Source: Balanoglossus misakiensis
Taxonomy: Eukaryota; Animalia; Hemichordata
DNA: 64,000 bases
Assembly (NCBI GenBank): GCA_040954595.2
Contig: CM082584.2
Coordinates: 1,579,244-1,643,243, forward strand
Reading direction: 5' to 3'
Part shown: piece by piece, positions 27,719-38,395 of the stretch
Layout of the letters: every line of letters begins with the position of its first letter
How positions within the stretch are numbered: position 1 is the stretch's first letter
Position numbers and translations under genes: made by a program
Notes under the pieces: model-generated
Seen by the model: the letters and a program-made list of their open reading frames with translations, nothing else
The model's database searches: none
Told to the model about the DNA's origin: nothing

Positions 27719-28195
27719 CTGAAATGTTATTCATCAAGATATGATCAAAATCCTACAGGTCCGCTGGTAAATTCAGACCAACAAGTTTAGCTGGGAACCA
27801 CCAGACCAACAGGAAATTTTCACAAACAAATTTTCGCGAACTATGCAAGAGCCAAAAAAAAAAGAAATTTTTGCGTAAAAAACTATTTTCAGTGATAACA
27901 ATGTAGTGAAATACGAGAACATGAAAATTAATCGTCTCATAACAGTTTCTGCTTTTGATATCGCAAAAAATTTCTTTGTCGCGAAAATTTCCTGTTTTAC
28001 AGTAATCAATGAAAAATAAAATTACGAAAATCATGAAATTTCTGACAGCCATAGATTTGCATGGCATGAACTGTATGTCCTATCAGCATGTAGTTTAGGT
28101 GACATTTATGATAAATAGTCAAATTACTGGAGTGATCGATTACGGTACCTCATAAGCAGACAACCACATGAAGACCAATCTTGATGTGAACTTAC

Positions 28196-28378
28196 CAATG
28201 CATGATGGTATTGCACTATTCCACTGTAAATCGGATTGACAAGTCAGGTAATCAGCACCATTTAATTCATAGCCAGCATTACAATAGAATGTGATGTTAC
28301 TGCCCATATAATATGGTCCACTATCAGGGACAGCTTGTAGATGTGGGTCTGTTATGAGTATATCACTGCAGTTCAATC
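28196..28378 (-). CDS. uif-like exon: CCP/sushi 4 (LNCSDILI...GSNITFYCNAGYELNGADYLTCQSDLQWNSAIPSCI)
   Basis: tgcag acceptor, gtaagt donor, 183 bp, phase 1-1. Confidence 0.9.
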
Positions 28379-28688
28379 CTGCAAGTAAAAAAAATAAAAC
28401 ACTATGTGGATGCAGACTTGATTGTGGTATATATATTGGGTATCTGTATTCTGTCACAACTTTAACATTTTCACCCCAAGTTCCCACTATAAAAGTCCAG
28501 ATACCATTGACTCCTTTTTTTCAATTATCGACTAAATTCATGACTCTGTATTTCAAAAACAAGCGTGGTGACCCCTATATTTTATCACAAATTTTCATTA
28601 TACATACATAGGATAAACCAAAAATTAACAATTAAAAGAAATGACCATATTTTCAATTTTACTGAATGTACATCCTTAAATGACTTAC

Positions 28689-28871
28689 GTTGACAGTATC
28701 CTGGATCTCCAATCCATGATCCATCTTCACCACATGTAGAGACAGTGTAGCCAGTCAGACTGTAGCCAGATGGACATGAGTAGGCAACGGTTGTTCCAAA
28801 AATCAATGAATCACCATTAACAATTTCATATGATAAGTAGTTGTCTACATTCGGTGGTGGACACTCGCGAG
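28689..28871 (-). CDS. uif-like exon: CCP/sushi 3 (RECPPPNV...FGTTVAYSCPSGYSLTG..STCGEDGSWIGDPGYCQ)
   Basis: aacag acceptor, gtaagt donor, 183 bp, phase 1-1. Confidence 0.9.
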
Positions 28872-29169
28872 CTGTTTGGATAAGATGAACAGATAACATT
28901 ACAAGTGTGTTAATACTAGGAAAATGGTTTAAAGGGACATGCAGTAACCCTCACAATCCTGCATATTTTCAAGTTACCAGTGTCTGGTTTAACATTCAGT
29001 GTGTAATGTCCCAATTAGACACCCATGTGGAATGTAGCAACCAGCACAAAGTGCCCCATCATAACGCTATGGAGAGAATTTCAACTTGAGTCAGTGATTT
29101 TTATGAAAACATGACAGTGAACACCCTGTGTTATACTTTGTTTTCAAAACGACTCATCACACACTTTAA

Positions 29170-29469
29170 AGCCTCTAGAGCTGCCAAATTTCACAATTTT
29201 TTTCTTTTCCACAGTAAAACCTTTCAAATCTATGGTGATGCATACCACGATAGCTAGCTGCATACTGTTTGTATGGAGGCTGATTTTAATAAAATGGGTA
29301 CGGCACCTGTTTAATACATTGCACGTTTAAATTGCAATATACAGCCACAATCAGGCATTGATGACATGTTCTTGTATCCCTATCAGTAAGCTTAATTATT
29401 TCAATGTACCAATCTACGTCGGAAAATAAAATCTGAAAATAAATGCAAAAAGTGGCAGCTCTAGTGGCT
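29170..29469. mobile_element. 300-bp TTAA-flanked MITE (AG termini)
   Basis: TIR agcctctagagctgcca / tggcagctctagtggct. TTAA at 29166-29169 and 29470-29473. Confidence 0.8.
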
Positions 29470-29572
29470 TTAAAGCACTGAAAGGTTCAGAGGACTAACA
29501 TTTTTCTGAAAATCCGTCTCCTAAGTGTGCACTACAATGGCAGTTTAATTGTTTTCAAAAATATCAACTTAC

Positions 29573-29752
29573 GCTCGCATTGGGGCACAAGTGGACCCCA
29601 GACACCATCTGCTTGGCATTCCAATGAAGACACATTATTTATAAACTGATAGCCCTCAATGCATTGATAATAAGCAATGCCACCATACACTGTACTGGTA
29701 ACATTGGTAAGAATTCCATTGCTGCACTCAGGGGGTCCACCACATGTTATTC
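29573..29752 (-). CDS. uif-like exon: CCP/sushi 2 (GITCGGPPECSNG...YQCIEGY...LECQADGVWGPLVPQCE)
   Basis: tttag acceptor, gtaagt donor, 180 bp, phase 1-1. Sushi Cys/Trp pattern. Confidence 0.88.
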
Positions 29753-29996
29753 CTAAAAAATAAACAACAAATTAGTGTCATTCAAGTTGTTGCTAACAAT
29801 AGATTCAAGAGACAAATTAAGTCTCTCTCATCACTGCACTTTTTTCATTAATTATCTTGGATACAAGACACCAGGCTAGGCATATTTGCATAGCTGGTAC
29901 GACTTATACACGGCGAAAATGTTTTTTTTTCCTGAAAGAGTGACCTCAAAGCTACAAAATTATGTAGATATCAGCTAGACCGGACATCCCCTTTAA

Positions 29997-30097
29997 CTAC
30001 TGGATAACCGTCCGAGCATTGGAATGAGACAGAGACATCATACCTTCTATCTCTGTACTGGTCACCACGCCCTCACTAATCACAATTTCGGGACAGT
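29997..30097 (-). pseudogene. uif-like exon: CCP/sushi 1 (DCPEIVISEGVVTST/DRRYDVSVSFQCSDGY), frameshifted and truncated
   Basis: The acceptor gacag is present. Sushi homology (VSFQCSDGY) continues only after a 1-nt frameshift near 30050, then stops at the TTAA end of a MITE (29993-29996). Confidence 0.8.
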
Positions 30098-30172
30098 CTG
30101 TCAGAACAAGGATCACAATGATAAGAATGCATGCAGACAAATACTTAAACTCATAAATGTCAGTTGTTTTAA

Positions 30173-30396
30173 AGTGAAGGGGTCGTCGCAATGCGTTTGT
30201 TTATAAACATTACAATTCATCCACAAATCCCTCAAATAAGATAATTCTTAGAATGAACGAAGCAGCTGACAGTATCCTAGACTGTCCATGACAGCAACTG
30301 AAGATCCTAGTAGGTCGTGGCTGTCTAATTTCAGGGATTTGTGGATGAATTGCAATGTTTATAAACAAACAAACGCAGTGCGACGACCCCATCACT
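30173..30396. mobile_element. hairpin MITE with about 65-bp TIRs, flanked by TTAA/TTAT
   Basis: agtgaaggggtcgtcgcaatgcgtttgtt...catccacaaatccct is inverted at the right end. Confidence 0.8.
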
Positions 30397-30617
30397 TTAT
30401 TGAGTGTGATACAAGAGTGTTGCCATTCCTGTCAATGGTCCAAAATTGCATTGCAATTGTAAGAAATTACTGTCTCTGTTTTTCCAGCTCTTTGAAGTTT
30501 CGTAAAAATTCAAAAACATTTGCACCTTTCAATTAATGACTCTAAATCACAAGGAATAAAGGGAGAGTGTGTTTCTAAGAATTCTGTAACAACTTTTTCT
30601 GAAATGTTAGTAAGTTA

Positions 30618-30824
30618 CTGTAAAACACTTTATTTTCGCGAGCAAGAGATTTTCGCGAAATACGCGAGAGCCAAAATAGCGTGAAAATAAAAAGTTGCGT
30701 AATTTTTTTGAAGATAAAGATGCAATGAATGAAATAAGAGAACGCGAAAATTAACACTGGCGAAACAGTGGCCTCTCTCGATGTCGCGAAAAATTTCAAC
30801 TCGTGAAAATAAAGTGTTTTACAG
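30618..30824. mobile_element. TA-flanked CTGTA MITE; further copies at about 27812-27992, 31057-31250, 31298-31503 and 36795-36985
   Basis: TIR ctgtaaaacactttatttt / aaaataaagtgttttacag with TA on both sides. Confidence 0.85.
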
Positions 30825-30833
30825 TATGTGTAC

Positions 30834-31017
30834 CTGGTGAAAATGAAGCCCTGAATCCTTTAGCTGGTCGTGTTCTACTACTCCTGAACACAACCGAAAA
30901 GTGTCCAATGTCTGTACGGCAATCGGGTGGTGGCACAGTGCCATCAATGACTCCATCAGAATTGCCACTCCATGGACCAATAATGACATCATCATCACTC
31001 TCAGTACCATTGTATAC
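30834..31017 (-). CDS. uif-like exon: CUB3 C-half (VYNGTESDDD...VVFRSSRTRPAKGFRASFSP)
   Basis: gaag acceptor, gtacac donor, phase 0-1. V.F.S......GF.A.F CUB motif. Confidence 0.85.
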
Positions 31018-31670
31018 CTTCAGAAACAAAGACAAATTAAGCATGCATTGTAAATACCGTAAAACGGGAAATCTTCACAACAGGAAATTTTCGCGATATC
31101 AAAGGTGGCTACTGTTACGCGACAATTAATTTTCACATTGGCATATTTTACTGCATTGTTATCTCTGAAGCATTTTAAGCGACTTTTTATTTTCATATTT
31201 TTTGGCTCTCACATAGTTTACGAAAATTTATCGTTCACGAAAATTTTATAGTATTCAATCCTTGTTGCATTTCCTGCTGTAACAGCTACTCAACATACTG
31301 TAAAATGGGAAATGTTCGCAAACAATAAATTTTCGCGATCTACGTGAGAGCCATCAAAACATGAAAATAAAAAGTTGCGTAAAAATGTTTTTCGGGGATA
31401 ATGATGCAGTGAAATACAAGAACGTGAAAAGTTATTGTTGCATAACACTTGCCTCTTTTGATAACGCGAAAATTTCATGTTGCAAAAGTATCCCGTTTTA
31501 CAGTATATATGTGATTAATTAAATTTCCAAATTGTGTTCCAAAGTTGTATAGTTTGAAGTAATGTCTGCCAAAATTGTCAAACTAAAATCACTGCAAAAT
31601 AATATGACAAATTTTTTAATATGACAAATATTTTTAACATGGCTGACTCATGATCATATCTGATACTCAC

Positions 31671-31855
31671 AATGATGTAATCAACATCTGTGTTCCTCTC
31701 TAATCCAAAGTTCTCATCAAAGATAAGAGTTAATGGTCTTCCAGTTGGTTCCTTGATTAACCAGCTACACATAACATCATCAGGGTAAGTGCTAACATCA
31801 TACCCTGGTGACTGAATCGTGCCAAAACTACGCAGAATTTCAATTCCCTGGCAAC
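31671..31855 (-). CDS. uif-like exon: CUB3 N-half (GCQGIEILRSFGTIQSPGYDVSTYPDDVMCSWLIK...DVDYII)
   Basis: aaag acceptor, gtgagt donor, phase 1-0. GTIQSPGY..YP...C.W CUB motif. Confidence 0.88.
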
Positions 31856-32084
31856 CTTTAAAGAAACAAGTGACCTATCGGTCAAAAGAGCTCTGCTGAC
31901 TTTAACAGTGAAACCTATAGCTGGGCAATGATATGAATACCCTAGGTTTTAATCATAACAATTGTATTCTATTAAACAAAACCAAACATAGACATCACAA
32001 GTATTTAATATCCACATTCAGCCTGATTCATTGTGCTAAAGAAAGAAAGAATTTATTCCTAAAGAACAACATCAAAAGGAAGTA

Positions 32085-32612
32085 CCAAGGTACTAATTTG
32101 CATATTCATGACCCGATCAAAATTCCAATAAAACAAAATCAGGTAGGGGCACCATAACACACATTCTACCAAATTTCAGCTCCATCGTACATGTAGTTAG
32201 GGAGAAGAAGATTTTTTACCAAAAATTATATTTTTAGATCTAATTTGCATATTCATGACCCGATCATATCCAAATTTATGAAATCAGGTAGGGGCACCAT
32301 AACACACATTCCTGCCAAATTTCAGCTCCATCGTACATGTAGTTAGGGAGAAGAAAATGTTTGACCAACATTCTATTTTAGATCTAATTTGCATATTTAT
32401 GACCCCATCAAATCCAAATTTACAAAATCAGGTAGGGGCACCATAACACACATTCCTACCAAATTATAGCTAAATATGCAATGTCGTTTTAACGAAGAAG
32501 ATTGAAATACCGAAAGTTGACGGACGACGGACAACGGACGCCGGACGACAGACGGACACTTATCAACCTACTGCTACAGCTTGGCTGACACAAGTGACAG
32601 CCAAGCTAAAAA
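32085..32612 (-). mobile_element. HINE/pearl-like element with three 144-147-bp internal tandem repeats
   Basis: ctaatttgcatatt.atgacc occurs at 32093, 32240 and 32384. It has a (cgga/cgac)n microsatellite and a terminal hairpin agcttggctg...cagccaagct followed by an A-run. Confidence 0.75.
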
Positions 32613-32989
32613 TACCAAACAAGGAATAATGAATTCAATCCACAGGTTTGGTGTAATCCTGGCTGCCTTTTATTTTGTGCTAGGGGATCAAATCACATAA
32701 TAATTGCCTTCCGGATAAAAAGTCGTACGCGACAGAAGAAATGACTGTTAACTGTATATGACTTCCTTAGGTCAAACCTTTCTGTCGTTATACATGTAGT
32801 TATCAAATTAAACTCATTTAACTTTTTTCACATTTTGTTATTTTTTCTGTTAAAAAGTTCCATAATGACCCAGTATCAGATTAGCTTATATTATAAACTT
32901 CCAGAAAGAATGGCAAAAGAAGATAGATCTGTGATCCTTACAATTCTTACTGGGTTGAAATTCTTTGGGAATGATTTTAAGTGATTTAA

Positions 32990-33338
32990 AGGGACAAAGT
33001 TTCTCTCACTCGCTGCCCTTTTTCCATTAACTATGTTTGATACAAGACACTGTTTATGTTATTCTACATGTGGATATATAGTGAATCAACATTCAACCAC
33101 GCACAACTTCCATCCCGTTTGTAGGATATGAGAGTAAAAATATTGCCAAAATGAATAAACGGTAGAGACCAATTATTCATTTTGGCGAGTTTTTTCACTC
33201 TTGTGTCTACAAGTGGGATGGAAGTTGTTTGTGGTCAAACGTTGTTTCAATATATATCCACATGTAGAATAACATAAACGCTGTATTGTATCATCATAAT
33301 TCCTGGAAAAAGGGTAGCGAGAGAGAGTGTTTGTCCCT
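32990..33338. mobile_element. TTAA-flanked hairpin MITE family A (AGGGACAAAG termini)
   Basis: Long imperfect TIRs with a (ct)n subterminal tract and TTAA on both sides. Confidence 0.85.
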
Positions 33339-33423
33339 TTAAAACATTGTTCTCTTGCATCATGAATCCTTGATTGCCTCTTCATTCAAACAACGTCTTG
33401 ATCAATTTGAATGCGTTACCTAC

Positions 33424-33625
33424 CTGCCCAGTAATGTACATGAAAACCTCTCATTGTAACTGCATCATCACTCTTAATGTCAACTCTCATCATACTTTTG
33501 GAAGATATGATGACATTGGGTAACTCCATCCCAGAAAATAAAGCAAGTCTGAGGGCAGGATTCAGTTCAGCGCCATCGTATACAGACACTTGATCAGCCC
33601 CATCTTCTGTTGCAAAGGAGATAAA
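33424..33625 (-). pseudogene. uif-like exon: CUB2 C-half (FISFATEDGADQVSVYDG...KSDDAVTMRGFHVHYWA), acceptor mutated
   Basis: The polypyrimidine tract ends in ttttCCG instead of CAG. The donor gtaggt is intact and the CUB motifs are clear. Confidence 0.83.
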
Positions 33626-33740
33626 CGGAAAAGATATAAAAAATAGCATCAAAGACACTTTGCTCCTATTTGCTATGTACATTTAAATGTGACATACCGT
33701 ACAATCATAGTGATCACAATTTCCTACACAAAACCATTAA

Positions 33741-34016
33741 GGGGCAAAGTCTCTCTCTCTCTCGCTGCCCCTTTTCCATTAATTATCGTTTGATTATCGT
33801 TTATGTTATTCTAGATGTGGATATATAGTGAATCAACATTCCATCCCGCTTCATTTTGGGCGAGATTTTTACTCTCATATCCTAAAAATGGGATGGAAGG
33901 TGTGTGTGGTCGAATGTTGATTCACTATATATCCTCATGTAGAATAACATAAACGGTGTCTTGTATCAAACATAATTAATGGGAAAAGGGCAGCGAGAGA
34001 GAGAGACTTCGTCCCT
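33741..34016. mobile_element. TTAA-flanked hairpin MITE family A, second copy
   Basis: ggggcaaagtctctctctc...gagagagacttcgtccct. Flanked by TTAA and ATAA. Confidence 0.8.
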
Positions 34017-34385
34017 ATAAGGACACCTTTAGCATTGATGAGGTAATATAAGAATACATCTGATAAAGAATATTTTCACATCCCAATAAACCAAAATCCA
34101 AAACAACTGGAAGAGCCGTTTCTGACATAAGTGGACTTTTGGACCAAAAATGTCTAAAACTACCCACCCCCCTCCTCCCCAGTATTGATATTTGTCACAT
34201 GTTTATGTACACCATAATAACAAATATTGTAGGTCCTTGTAAACCAAATTTTAAGAAATCGGAAAAGTGACTACTGAGAATTGACCAGAAATGACAAAAA
34301 TAAAATGTATTTTTAAAAATATAATTACTAATTTTTGTCATGCTGTAAAACAACTCACACGATTAATTGCATCTGAATCCACTAC

Positions 34386-34537
34386 CTGTAAAGTGACAAC
34401 AAATTCTGTTGTGAATGATGCCAGCTGTCAGTTACAATCTTCATTGTTGAGATAATTCTTGCCTTCAAAATATTCTGTACTGCTGAGATTCTGTTTATAT
34501 GACTGTGCTATGAAATTCCCACCACACAAAGAATACA
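34386..34537 (-). pseudogene. uif-like exon: CUB2 N-half (YSLCGGNFIAQ...YLNNEDCN*QL...VTLQ) with premature stop
   Basis: Splice sites are intact (tttcag / gtagt), phase 1-0. In-frame TGA (plus-strand tca 34428-34430) sits at the conserved C-x-W position. Confidence 0.85.
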
Positions 34538-34830
34538 CTGAAAGAAAGAAGAAGTCATCTTAACAGAAACACTTCACAAACAGGACATCAGCAAGATCAC
34601 AGTCGAGGTAGGGCAAATATTGCCTACATGTGCAATCTATAATGTTATACCAGGTTCACGTAGGGTAAAATTCGAAACGTTTCAGAGACACTATTTGCCT
34701 AAGGTAAACACAGAGCATTAATGCTTTTAGTTGCCTTGTGTCCACACATGCAAAGTTTATGTGTAGTTCGCGAAAATTTATCGTTTGCGAAAATTTCCAG
34801 TTTTACATTATGTATAAAACTTGGTATTAC

Positions 34831-35032
34831 CTGCTTGCCAAGATGCTTCAAAGCCAGTAGCAGTATGCGAACTATCTGAGAGAAATTTCACCAACATTGC
34901 ATTACCACTGCTAATAACTTCATCAGGCTGGTCCGGTCCACTGTATGTGGCAAGAACTTTGGATGGGTCAAACACAGACACCTCGACAATGACAACAGTA
35001 TCATGATAAAGTTCAGTGTCAAAATGTAGAAA
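34831..35032 (-). CDS. uif-like exon: CUB1 C-half (FLHFDTELYHDTV...KFLSDSSHTATGFEASWQA)
   Basis: tttcag acceptor, gtaata donor, phase 0-1. Canonical CUB F..F.TE...D and F.SD.S...GF motifs. Confidence 0.88.
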
Positions 35033-35125
35033 CTGAAAAGAATAAAAAATGTCACAACACACATCATAAATAGTGAGCTGTCTCAAGCCAATATACATGA
35101 AAATAAACACAGTTTCATGACTTAA

Positions 35126-36104
35126 GCCCCATTAGCTGTAACTTTTTGCATTTTTCAGTATTTCTATTCTGTGTATCAATTATAGTTTCTTGTTCAGCTA
35201 CGCAGGGCAGAGTTAAATCCATAGTCTTAACTTCTCAACGAAACCTATGAGGGCACAATCGGCATTGTTGTTGTTTGAAAACATTCGTAAATAATAACAA
35301 CAGTCAGTACACATACACATGACTCGTTGACAAGCAGAGAGCTGGGTGTGATGGGTTACTCATGAGGAGAGGAACAAGAAAAAGTGTTTAATTTAAATAA
35401 TAACACATGATAGCGAGGGCAATATCACGATTTGAAGCCTGCATGAGGGATGGTGATCTCTGACCATAATATTGATGATGCCCGAGCCGCAGGCGAGGGT
35501 ATCATCAATATTTTGGTCAGAGATCACCAGCCCGAGGGCAGGCTTCAAATCGTGATGTTGCCCGAGCATAATGTGTTATTAATTTTATTACGCCGAACAT
35601 TTGAACGTACATACACTGCAGCATGTAGCATGTAGACTCGCGTCCATATGTCGTACGTTGCTGAGAATGTAAAATGTCTCGATCTCCCAAGAATTATACG
35701 ATACCTACTTCGAACTTAGATTATTTTGAAAATACTGCGCTGTTGGTTGCGATTTTGGTGTATTTACTGCCCGTTTGCAGTAAAATATCATCCAGTAGAA
35801 CAGGTGTTAAGCCTGTGTGTCGCTTTGAAGCCATATAGATGCGGGAGTTGACTGATCATGAAGGAAGCCATTGAACGACAGTTTGGAACGCGCAGAAGTC
35901 GTGCCCAGAACACCAAAACAACCAAGTGGGCAATATCAGCGCACGCGACAGGGCTTTATCAACTCTAGCCATGTTATATCACTTTTTTTTCTATATCACG
36001 TGAGCGCGTCTCAGCCAATCACGAAAACGGTATAATACGTGAGGTGTAATAAACACAAAACAAAATTACTGATAAACTAGCCTGAAGTTATAGATAATGG
36101 CCCT
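35126..36104. mobile_element. TTAA-flanked MITE hosting a nested hairpin element
   Basis: Imperfect TIR gccccattagctgtaactt / aagttatagataatggccct with TTAA at both ends. Confidence 0.6.
35398..36053. mobile_element. non-autonomous element beginning with a 184-bp imperfect hairpin (possibly Crypton-type)
   Basis: Hairpin at 35398-35581, then a short IR ttattacgcc (35584) / ggtgtaataa (36044) and tcagccaatca near the end. The family assignment is tentative. Confidence 0.5.
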
Positions 36105-36349
36105 TTAATTCAAAAGTTTACCAAAAATCATGTTTGTTATAAGGAAGAAAAAAATCAAATTATTTTTTTTTTAGTTGAAATGAATTTAAATCTAATACAT
36201 GTGTCTGTTTTTTTTTTAAAGTGTTTGTATGTCGAATGGACGGGAAAAGGTGTTTTGTATAGGCAGGTTTCCAGATTAGACAGAGTTAGTGGTTTATGCA
36301 AGTTTTACTGTAAAAAATAACTGGTTTTGGAATTTGACAGTTTACAAGT

Positions 36350-36481
36350 GAGCACTTATTCTGGATGTTGCAGGTCCCTGGATTGTCCAAATACATTCTT
36401 GTAGAATGTAATAATTATCATCTGGGTATCCAGTGCTGTGAAAGGTCCCCGATTCACCAGTTTCCAAACCACCACATGTTC
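36350..36481 (-). pseudogene. uif-like exon: CUB1 N-half (GTCGGLETGESGTFHSTGYPDDNYYILQECIWTIQGPATSRI), donor lost
   Basis: The acceptor ttcag is intact and the CUB CGG...S.GYP...C.W motif is present. The 3' end runs into a repeat (36309-36355, inverted copy at 38170-38216), and there is no phase-0 GT donor before TAA. Confidence 0.8.
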
Positions 36482-37234
36482 CTGAATATCATTAAAATAA
36501 AAAGAAAGAGTATGTTTGTGTGATGAATGGTCATAAAGATTCAGCTCATCAAGTTGACGAAATTTCATTGATGATAAAATTACTTCACCAACAGTGAGTA
36601 TCCAATGTACATGTATAAAACAATGTTTGTATTAGTATAAATCAAATGTAAAAATTTTGAAACGACATTTATCACACCCGAAAATTCCAAGAACCGCATA
36701 TTATGATTCTCTAAGCTCAAACTATCAGTGTGACAGATGCCAGATTCTTAAAATACTTGGCCCAGTTTTGTTTCTGATTTATATTTATGACATACTGTAA
36801 AACAGGAAATTTTTCATGATATCAAAAGTGGCAACTGTTATGCGATGATTGATTTTCGCATTCTCATATTTCACGGCATTGCTATCTTCGAAAAACATTT
36901 TGACACAACTTGTTTATTTTCGCGTTTTTTTGGCTCTCGCATAGTTCGCAAAAATGTATCGCTCGCGAAAATTTCCTGTTTACAGTACAAAATTCTTTGA
37001 GGATCAGACTTTCTGCTGACAGTTCAAAAGTAGTCTTTAGTTGCAAAGGAGATGATCATACAAATAACCATACAATTAATGAGTGGAATTATCTAGCGAC
37101 AACTGGCCTCAATTTTGAATTTCAAATATAACACCATTCTGCACCCAAGGAGACATCACATGATCTGATCCCCCTTGTTTAACTTTTAGTGGTGAGCTCT
37201 TCCAAGTATATCTTGTATTGCTTAGGGGACTCTA

Positions 37235-37522
37235 ACTCTCTCTCCTTCCCTCCCTTCCACCCCCTCCCCCTCCCTCTCTAGCTCTCTCCCTCCCCTCTCC
37301 CGCCCCTCTCCCTCCCCTCTCCCGCCCCTCTCCCTCCCTCCCACCCCTCTCTAGCTCTCTCTCCCTCCCTACCCCCCTCTACCCCTCCCTCTCCCTCTAG
37401 TTCTCTCTCCCCCTCTCCCTCACTACCACCCTCCCTCCCTGTCACTCTCCAGCTCTCTCTCCCTCCCCTCTCACTCTCCCCTCCCAGCCTCTCCCTCCCG
37501 CTCTTTTGCACACACTCTCTCT
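37235..37522. repeat. polypyrimidine (CT-rich) low-complexity tract
   Basis: Nearly pure C/T on the plus strand (ctccctccc...). Confidence 0.95.
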
Positions 37523-37617
37523 TAGTATATATATTGGGAGGTGACTACAGCAGTGCGAGAAAAGTAAAGACCTGATGCGAGTAAGGGAAGATTCTAGCTG
37601 ATTTGAATCAGACTTAC

Positions 37618-37833
37618 CTTCAGCACAAGCTGCTACTTCACACATTGACAGACTGACATCATCACATCTTGCATGATACAATGGGTAATTATTTTCAAAG
37701 AGGTTTAACCTCACACATTGCCCAGTGGAGGCATCAGGTTCTGTGTCTGCCCATCGACCATCAAAGACACTACCTTTCCTGCCATCTGAATAATCATATT
37801 CCACACTGCCATCTCGATTGGGTCCACTAAATC
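37618..37833 (-). CDS. uif-like exon: C-type lectin C-terminal part (GFSGPN...WADTEPDASTGQCV...CDDVSLSMCEVAACAEG)
   Basis: tatag acceptor, gtaagt donor, 216 bp, phase 1-1. W...EP...C and C...C CTL pattern. Overlaps ORF 37442..37804. Confidence 0.88.
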
Positions 37834-38276
37834 CTATAAAATGGAAATAAAGAAAGAAGATGCATACAGCAGTGTTTCATCCAGGATGGGGGGGGGGGAT
37901 ATGTCCCCCTTTGCTTGAATAGTTGCACTCTTGCAAGGAGGGGAATGAGTGACATCGCTGAGTCTGTAAGGGGCACCATTTCCCCCTTGACAAATTTCTA
38001 GGGGGGTGCCAACATGCTGACAGTGGGCGAATTCCCTCATCCCTCCATCTGGATGAAAAACTGCATACAGAGTCACTTAATAGCAAGATTTTGTGAGGTT
38101 ATTGAGATGTAAAAAATAGGCTTTTCAATTACCATCTTGAGACAATTATCATTCAAGTGTTACTATGCAGTGCTTACTTGTAAACTGTCAAATTCCAAAA
38201 CCAGTTATTTTTTACACTTGATACACCCACAAATTATTTGGGAACACTGACAAACACTGTTAAAAGACACACTCAC

Positions 38277-38395
38277 CAATCCAACCATGGTTCGCTGTTT
38301 CATTGGAAGTCTCTTCAATCTGGTTTACAATCTCTGCTCCAGCATAACGATTTTCAGAATAACCCTCAATTACTGTCAAGTGCCCACCATAAAAT
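38277..38395 (-). CDS. uif-like exon: C-type lectin domain, middle part (FYGGHLTVIEGYSEN...HGWIG)
   Basis: ttcag acceptor and gtgagt donor. Open frame with the CTL GGHL and WIG motifs. Phase 2 to 1. Confidence 0.85.

Larger units (their letters stand above)
26883..38395 (-). pseudogene. Uninflatable (uif)-like multidomain extracellular protein gene fragment, probably disabled (CTL-CUB1-CUB2-CUB3-CCP1-4-cbEGF-cbEGF)
   Basis: I traced 14 exons by hand with matching intron phases. Domain order and motifs follow the N-terminal part of Drosophila Uninflatable as I recall it, including the atypical EGF with a long loop (YLLYANNGTGGFYLPPGETG..DVYTFNQSCV). Lesions: lost donor (~36350), TGA in place of the conserved CUB Trp (34428-34430), acceptor AG>CG (33626-33628), and a frameshift plus MITE truncation in CCP1 (~30050/29996). 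No start or terminal exon identified. Confidence 0.8.

Noticed and set aside
34428-34430. In-frame TGA as selenocysteine or programmed readthrough
   Set aside because: It occupies a conserved Trp position (TGG>TGA, one transition), the partner exon's acceptor is also mutated, and I saw no SECIS.
37278-37511. G/E/R-rich 77-aa ORF
   Set aside because: Low-complexity translation of the CT tract.
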